Below, one piece after another: positions 55,790 to 64,000 of a DNA stretch of 64,000 nucleotides. Position numbers and translations under genes: made by a program. The stretch is from Macrostomum lignano (taxonomy: Eukaryota): contig NIVC01002040.1 of the NCBI GenBank assembly GCA_002269645.1, forward strand, positions 62,001-126,000, in the 5' to 3' direction. Numbering within the stretch: the first letter of the stretch is position 1; each line of letters begins with the position of its first letter. Under the pieces are notes generated by a model that saw nothing but the letters and a program-made list of their open reading frames with translations, was not told the origin of the DNA and did not search any database.

Positions 55790-58700
55790 ACTCTGGCATC
55801 CAGCATTACTCTCGTAGACTATTAGCTGCTCTCCTGAGTTCGAAGCTGACAGGTCCGTTGCAGTCGGCATCGATTGAGTCGACTGCCAATTTAGTCAATG
55901 GGTTTCGTTTCTTCTTTTCACTGGAACCTGTGGTGGGATTAGCAAAAGATCGATTTCGCATATCTATTTAGTGATTTCAAGGACGACAAAATCATTCTTC
56001 TCTGCATGTCAGCTCCAGAAGATGCTAGTTTGCTTGCAGCTTTCTGTAGGAGCATTCTACTTTAGTAAAGTGTACCCATTCTAAAATAAGCTGTTTTTAA
56101 TATGTCCCAACAAGTCTCTGTGCAGTGTGTCATCCGTTTGCCCATCAATTTGTTCTGGAGCCCTTTATTAATTGAGTTCTTTAGGTGACTTAACAAATGC
56201 GGAAAAAACTAGACACACACACACAGTGGCCCAACACTTCGTGTCCCAATAATTGCTAGGAAAAATGCACTGCAGTGTTTAAGCATCTCCTCTGAGGGGC
56301 CCTTGCATGCATAGCTATAGAAGCTGCTAAGACCCGATCTGAGAGTTAAAAGTACAAAAAGTTATAACGCTTCTAGACACGAAAACGAATGCAGCCACAG
56401 CATGAACTAACCTTTCATTGAAGCTTCTGCTTAAGACTTTGATGCTGTGAAGCATTCTGGCATCTAGCATTACTCTCGTAGACTATTAGCTGCTCTCCTG
56501 AGTTCGAAGCTGACAGGTCCGTTGCAGCGGCATCGATTGAGTCGACTGCCAATTTAGTCAATGGGTTTCGTTTCTTCTTTTCACTGGAACCTGTGGTGGG
56601 ATTAGCAAAAGATCGATTTCGCATATCTGTTTAGTGATTTCAAGGACGACAAAATCATTCTTCTCTGCATGTCAGCTCCAGAAGATGCTAGTTTGCTTGC
56701 AGCTTTCTGTAGGAGCATTCTACTTTAGTAAAGTGTACCCATTCTAAAATAAGCTGTTTTTAATGTGTCCCAACAAGTCTCTGTGCAGTGTGTCATCCGT
56801 TTGCCCATCAATTTGTTCTGGAGCCCTTTATTAATTGAGTTCTTTAGGTGACTTAACAAATGCGGAAAAAACTAGACACACACACACAGTGGCCCAACAC
56901 TTCGTGTCCCAATAATTGCTAGGAAAAATGCACTGCAGTGTTTAAGCATCTCCTCTGAGGGGCCCTTGCATGCATAGCTATAGAATCTGCTAAGACCCGA
57001 TCTGAGAGTTAAAAGTACAAAAAGTTATAACGCTTCTAGACACGAAAACGAATGCAGCCACAGCATGAACTAACCTTTCATTGAAGCTTCTGCTTAAGAC
57101 TTTGATGCTGTGAAGCATTCTGGCATCTAGCATTACTCTCGTAGACTATTAGCTGCTCTCCTGAGTTCGAAGCTGACAGGTCCGTTGCAGCGGCATCGAT
57201 TGAGTCGACTGCCAATTTAGTCAATGGGTTTCGTTTCTTCTTTTCACTGGAACCTGTGGTGGGATTAGCAAAAGATCGATTTCGCATATCTGTTTAGTGA
57301 TTTCAAGGACGACAAAATCATTCTTCTCTGCATGTCAGCTCCAGAAGATGCTAGTTTGCTTGCAGCTTTCTGTAGGAGCATTCTACTTTAGTAAAGTGTA
57401 CCCATTCTAAAATAAGCTGTTTTTAATTTATCCCAACAAGTCTCTGTGCAGTGTGTCATCCGTTTGCCCATCAATTTGTTCTGGAGCCTTTTATTAATTG
57501 AGTTCTTTAGGTGACTTAACAAATGCGGAAAAAACTAGACACACACACACAGTGGCCCAACACTTCGTGTCCCAATAATTGCTAGGAAAAATGCACTGCA
57601 GTGTTTAAGCATCTCCTCTGAGGGGCCCTTGCATGCATAGCTATAGAATCTGCTAAGACCGGATCTGAGAGTTAAAAGTACAAAAAGTTATAACGCTTCT
57701 AGACACGAAAACGAATGCAGCCACAGCATGAACTAACCTTTCATTGAAGCTTCTGCTTAAGACTTTGATGCTGTGAAGCATTCTGGCATCTAGCATTACT
57801 CTCGTAGACTATTAGCTGCTCTCCTGAGTTCGAAGCTGACAGGTCCGTTGCAGCGGCATCGATTGAGTCGACTGCCAATTTAGTCAATGGGTTTCGTTTC
57901 TTCTTTTCACTGGAACCTGTGGTGGGATTAGCAAAAGATCGATTTCGCATATCTGTTTAGTGATTTCAAGGACGACAAAATCATTCTTCTCTGCATGTCA
58001 GCTCCAGAAGATGCTAGTTTGCTTGCAGCTTTCTGTAGGAGCATTCTACTTTAGTAAAGTGTACCCATTCTAAAATAAGCTGTTTTTAATGTGTCCCAAC
58101 AAGTCTCTGTGCAGTGTGTCATCCGTTTGCCCATCAATTTGTTCTGGAGCCCTTTATTAATTGAGTTCTTTAGGTGACTTAACAAATGCGGAAAAAACTA
58201 GACACACACACACAGTGGCCCAACACTTCGTGTCCCAATAATTGCTAGGAAAAATGCACTGCAGTGTTTAAGCATCTCCTCTGAGGGGCCCTTGCATGCA
58301 TAGCTATAGAAGCTGCTAAGACCCGATCTGAGAGTTAAAAGTACAAAAAGTTATAACGCTTCTAGACACGAAAACGAATGCAGCCACAGCATGAACTAAC
58401 CTTTCATTGAAGCTTCTGCTTAAGACTTTGATGCTGTGAAGCATTCTGGCATCTAGCATTACTCTCGTAGACTATTAGCTGCTCTCCTGAGTTCGAAGCT
58501 GACAGGTCCGTTGCAGCGGCATCGATTGAGTCGACTGCCAATTTAGTCAATGGGTTTCGTTTCTTCTTTTCACTGGAACCTGTGGTGGGATTAGCAAAAG
58601 ATCGATTTCGCATATCTGTTTAGTGATTTCAAGGACGACAAAATCATTCTTCTCTGCATGTCAGCTCCAGAAGATGCTAGTTTGCTTGCAGCTTTCTGTA

Positions 58701-61700
58701 GGAGCATTCTACTTTAGTAAAGTGTACCCATTCTAAAATAAGCTGTTTTTAATTGTCCCAACAAGTCTCTGTGCAGTGTGTCATCCGTTTGCCCATCAAT
58801 TTGTTCTGGAGCCCTTTATTAATTGAGTTCTTTAGGTGACTTAACAAATGCGGAAAAAACTAGACACACACACACAGTGGCCCAACACTTCGTGTCCCAA
58901 TAATTGCTAGGAAAAATGCACTGCAGTGTTTAAGCATCTCCTCTGAGGGGCCCTTGCATGCATAGCTATAGAATCTGCTAAGACCCGATCTGAGAGTTAA
59001 AAGTACAAAAAGTTATAACGCTTCTAGACACGAAAACGAATGCAGCCACAGCATGAACTAACCTTTCATTGAAGCTTCTGCTTAAGACTTTGATGCTGTG
59101 AAGCATTCTGGCATCTAGCATTACTCTCGTAGACTATTAGCTGCTCTCCTGAGTTCGAAGCTGACAGGTCCGTTGCAGTCGGCATCGATTGAGTCGACTG
59201 CCAATTTAGTCAATGGGTTTCGTTTCTTCTTTTCACTGGAACCTGTGGTGGGATTAGCAAAAGATCGATTTCGCATATCTGTTTAGTGATTTCAAGGACG
59301 ACAAAATCATTCTTCTCTGCATGTCAGCTCCAGAAGATGCTAGTTTGCTTGCAGCTTTCTGTAGGAGCATTCTACTTTAGTAAAGTGTACCCATTCTAAA
59401 ATAAGCTGTTTTTAATGTGTCCCAACAAGTCTCTGTGCAGTGTGTCATCCGTTTGCCCATCAATTTGTTCTGGAGCCCTTTATTAATTGAGTTCTTTAGG
59501 TGACTTAACAAATGCGGAAAAAACTAGACACACACACACAGTGGCCCAACACTTCGTGTCCCAATAATTGCTAGGAAAAATGCACTGCAGTGTTTAAGCA
59601 TCTCCTCTGAGGGGCCCTTGCATGCATAGCTATAGAATCTGCTAAGACCCGATCTGAGAGTTAAAAGTACAAAAAGTTATAACGCTTCTAGACACGAAAA
59701 CGAATGCAGCCACAGCATGAACTAACCTTTCATTGAAGCTTCTGCTTAAGACTTTGATGCTGTGAAGCATTCTGGCATCTAGCATTACTCTCGTAGACTA
59801 TTAGCTGCTCTCCTGAGTTCGAAGCTGACAGGTCCGTTGCAGTCGGCATCGATTGAGTCGACTGCCAATTTAGTCAATGGGTTTCGTTTCTTCTTTTCAC
59901 TGGAACCTGTGGTGGGATTAGCAAAAGATCGATTTCGCATATCTGTTTAGTGATTTCAAGGACGACAAAATCATTCTTCTCTGCATGTCAGCTCCAGAAG
60001 ATGCTAGTTTGCTTGCAGCTTTCTGTAGGAGCATTCTACTTTAGTAAAGTGTACCCATTCTAAAATAAGCTGTTTTTAATGTCCCAACAAGTCTCTGTGC
60101 AGTGTGTCATCCGTTTGCCCATCAATTTGTTCTGGAGCCCTTTATTAATTGAGTTCTTTAGGTGACTTAACAAATGCGGAAAAAACTAGACACACACACA
60201 CAGTGGCCCAACACTTCGTGTCCCAATAATTGCTAGGAAAAATGCACTGCAGTGTTTAAGCATCTCCTCTGAGGGGCCCTTGCATGCATAGCTATAGAAT
60301 CTGCTAAGACCCGATCTGAGAGTTAAAAGTACAAAAAGTTATAACGCTTCTAGACACGAAAACGAATGCAGCCACAGCATGAACTAACCTTTCATTGAAG
60401 CTTCTGCTTAAGACTTTGATGCTGTGAAGCATTCTGGCATCTAGCATTACTCTCGTAGACTATTAGCTGCTCTCCTGAGTTCGAAGCTGACAGGTCCGTT
60501 GCAGTCGGCATCGATTGAGTCGACTGCCAATTTAGTCAATGGGTTTCGTTTCTTCTTTTCACTGGAACCTGTGGTGGGATTAGCAAAAGATCGATTTCGC
60601 ATATCTGTTTAGTGATTTCAAGGACGACAAAATCATTCTTCTCTGCATGTCAGCTCCAGAAGATGCTAGTTTGCTTGCAGCTTTCTGTAGGAGCATTCTA
60701 CTTTAGTAAAGTGTACCCATTCTAAAATAAGCTGTTTTTAATATGTCCCAACAAGTCTCTGTGCAGTGTGTCATCCGTTTGCCCATCAATTTGTTCTGGA
60801 GCCCTTTATTAATTGAGTTCTTTAGGTGACTTAACAAATGCGGAAAAAACTAGACACACACACAGTGGCCCAACACTTCGTGTCCCAATAATTGCTAGGA
60901 AAAATGCACTGCAGTGTTTAAGCATCTCCTCTGAGGGGCCCTTGCATGCATAGCTATAGAAGCTGCTAAGACCCGATCTGAGAGTTAAAAGTACAAAAAG
61001 TTATAACGCTTCTAGACACGAAAACGAATGCAGCCACAGCATGAACTAACCTTTCATTGAAGCTTCTGCTTAAGACTTTGATGCTGTGAAGCATTCTGGC
61101 ATCTAGCATTACTCTCGTAGACTATTAGCTGCTCTCCTGAGTTCGAAGCTGACAGGTCCGTTGCAGTCGGCATCGATTGAGTCGACTGCCAATTTAGTCA
61201 ATGGGTTTCGTTTCTTCTTTTCACTGGAACCTGTGGTGGGATTAGCAAAAGATCGATTTCGCATATCTGTTTAGTGATTTCAAGGACGACAAAATCATTC
61301 TTCTCTGCATGTCAGCTCCAGAAGATGCTAGTTTGCTTGCAGCTTTCTGTAGGAGCATTCTACTTTAGTAAAGTGTACCCATTCTAAAATAAGCTGTTTT
61401 TAATGTGTCCCAACAAGTCTCTGTGCAGTGTGTCATCCGTTTGCCCATCAATTTGTTCTGGAGCCCTTTATTAATTGAGTTCTTTAGGTGACTTAACAAA
61501 TGCGGAAAAAACTAGACACACACACAGTGGCCCAACACTTCGTGTCCCAATAATTGCTAGGAAAAATGCACTGCAGTGTTTAAGCATCTCCTCTGAGGGG
61601 CCCTTGCATGCATAGCTATAGAATCTGCTAAGACCCGATCTGAGAGTTAAAAGTACAAAAAGTTATAACGCTTCTAGACACGAAAACGAATGCAGCCACA

Positions 61701-64000
61701 GCATGAACTAACCTTTCATTGAAGCTTCTGCTTAAGACTTTGATGCTGTGAAGCATTCTGGCATCTAGCATTACTCTCGTAGACTATTAGCTGCTCTCCT
61801 GAGTTCGAAGCTGACAGGTCCGTTGCAGTCGGCATCGATTGAGTCGACTGCCAATTTAGTCAATGGGTTTCGTTTCTTCTTTTCACTGGAACCTGTGGTG
61901 GGATTAGCAAAAGATCGATTTCGCATATCTGTTTAGTGATTTCAAGGACGACAAAATCATTCTTCTCTGCATGTCAGCTCCAGAAGATGCTAGTTTGCTT
62001 GCAGCTTTCTGTAGGAGCATTCTACTTTAGTAAAGTGTACCCATTCTAAAATAAGCTGTTTTTAATGTGTCCCAACAAGTCTCTGTGCAGTGTGTCATCC
62101 GTTTGCCCATCAATTTGTTCTGGAGCCCTTTATTAATTGAGTTCTTTAGGTGACTTAACAAATGCGGAAAAAACTAGACACACACACACAGTGGCCCAAC
62201 ACTTCGTGTCCCAATAATTGCTAGGAAAAATGCACTGCAGTGTTTAAGCATCTCCTCTGAGGGGCCCTTGCATGCATAGCTATAGAAGCTGCTAAGACCC
62301 GATCTGAGAGTTAAAAGTACAAAAAGTTATAACGCTTCTAGACACGAAAACGAATGCAGCCACAGCATGAACTAACCTTTCATTGAAGCTTCTGCTTAAG
62401 ACTTTGATGCTGTGAAGCATTCTGGCATCTAGCATTACTCTCGTAGACTATTAGCTGCTCTCCTGAGTTCGAAGCTGACAGGTCCGTTGCAGTCGGCATC
62501 GATTGAGTCGACTGCCAATTTAGTCAATGGGTTTCGTTTCTTCTTTTCACTGGAACCTGTGGTGGGATTAGCAAAAGATCGATTTCGCATATCTGTTTAG
62601 TGATTTCAAGGACGACAAAATCATTCTTCTCTGCATGTCAGCTCCAGAAGATGCTAGTTTGCTTGCAGCTTTCTGTAGGAGCATTCTACTTTAGTAAAGT
62701 GTACCCATTCTAAAATAAGCTGTTTTTAATGTCCCAACAAGTCTCTGTGCAGTGTGTCATCCGTTTGCCCATCAATTTGTTCTGGAGCCCTTTATTAATT
62801 GAGTTCTTTAGGTGACTTAACAAATGCGGAAAAAACTAGACACACACACACAGTGGCCCAACACTTCGTGTCCCAATAATTGCTAGGAAAAATGCACTGC
62901 AGTGTTTAAGCATCTCCTCTGAGGGGCCCTTGCATGCATAGCTATAGAATCTGCTAAGACCCGATCTGAGAGTTAAAAGTACAAAAAGTTATAACGCTTC
63001 TAGACACGAAAACGAATGCAGCCACAGCATGAACTAACCTTTCATTGAAGCTTCTGCTTAAGACTTTGATGCTGTGAAGCATTCTGGCATCTAGCATTAC
63101 TCTCGTAGACTATTAGCTGCTCTCCTGAGTTCGAAGCTGACAGGTCCGTTGCAGCGGCATCGATTGAGTCGACTGCCAATTTAGTCAATGGGTTTCGTTT
63201 CTTCTTTTCACTGGAACCTGTGGTGGGATTAGCAAAAGATCGATTTCGCATATCTGTTTAGTGATTTCAAGGACGACAAAATCATTCTTCTCTGCATGTC
63301 AGCTCCAGAAGATGCTAGTTTGCTTGCAGCTTTCTGTAGGAGCATTCTACTTTAGTAAAGTGTACCCATTCTAAAATAAGCTGTTTTTAATGTGTCCCAA
63401 CAAGTCTCTGTGCAGTGTGTCATCCGTTTGCCCATCAATTTGTTCTGGAGCCCTTTATTAATTGAGTTCTTTAGGTGACTTAACAAATGCGGAAAAAACT
63501 AGACACACACACACAGTGGCCCAACACTTCGTGTCCCAATAATTGCTAGGAAAAATGCACTGCAGTGTTTAAGCATCTCCTCTGAGGGGCCCTTGCATGC
63601 ATAGCTATAGAAGCTGCTAAGACCCGATCTGAGAGTTAAAAGTACAAAAAGTTATAACGCTTCTAGACACGAAAACGAATGCAGCCACAGCATGAACTAA
63701 CCTTTCATTGAAGCTTCTGCTTAAGACTTTGATGCTGTGAAGCATTCTGGCATCTAGCATTACTCTCGTAGACTATTAGCTGCTCTCCTGAGTTCGAAGC
63801 TGACAGGTCCGTTGCAGCGGCATCGATTGAGTCGACTGCCAATTTAGTCAATGGGTTTCGTTTCTTCTTTTCACTGGAACCTGTGGTGGGTTAGCAAAAG
63901 ATCGATTTCGCATATCTGTTTAGTGATTTCAAGGACGACAAAATCATTCTTCTCTGCATGTCAGCTCCAGAAGATGCTAGTTTGCTTGCAGCTTTCTGTA
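55790..64000. repeat. Satellite-like tandem array, ~663-bp unit, ~12.4 copies visible, runs off window end
   Basis: Identical 69-aa minus ORF ends at 56415, 57078, 57741, 58404 (663-bp spacing); copies differ only at a few SNP/indel sites. Confidence 0.98.

Noticed and set aside
55790-64000. Possible tandem RNA-gene array (5S, SL RNA, U snRNA, histone) or CRISPR-like array
   Set aside because: I found no 5S, U1/U2/U4/U5/U6 or flatworm SL-leader sequence as I recall them and no histone ORF. AATTTGTTCTGGAG is only loosely Sm-site-like. Units are wholly repeated, with no unique spacers. An Infernal/Rfam search would be decisive.

Overview
Repeat-rich, intron-containing invertebrate genomic DNA. 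The private minisatellite in nearly every intron and the polyQ/G/A-rich GC-rich exons resemble the flatworm Macrostomum; this is an impression, not a database match. I reconstructed four genes by eye, with GT-AG boundaries and consistent phases. (1) A minus-strand synaptotagmin-like gene, 5 coding exons, 17287->4405, 382 aa (TM + C2A + C2B), lacking most Ca2+-ligand aspartates. (2) A plus-strand animal alpha-amylase, 6 exons, 21274-27031, 534 aa, with catalytic and chloride-binding residues intact. (3) A single-exon 272-aa secreted, probably GPI/TM-anchored orphan, 31052-31870. (4) The 5' ~2520 codons of UBR5/hyd, 11 exons, 33702-54366, with UBA and UBR-box. It has an apparent 1-nt frameshift just before the UBR box, and its MLLE/HECT part is absent because a ~663-bp satellite array runs from ~55790 off the window end. 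About 30 tandem arrays are present, and almost all long ORFs in the supplied track are stop-free readings of them. I recognised no rRNA, tRNA, CRISPR or autonomous transposon, and no clearly novel multi-gene system. The best leads are the 663-bp array inside UBR5, the UBR5 frameshift, the orphan protein, a ~185-bp hairpin-bearing dispersed element and a duplicated array-plus-flank module.
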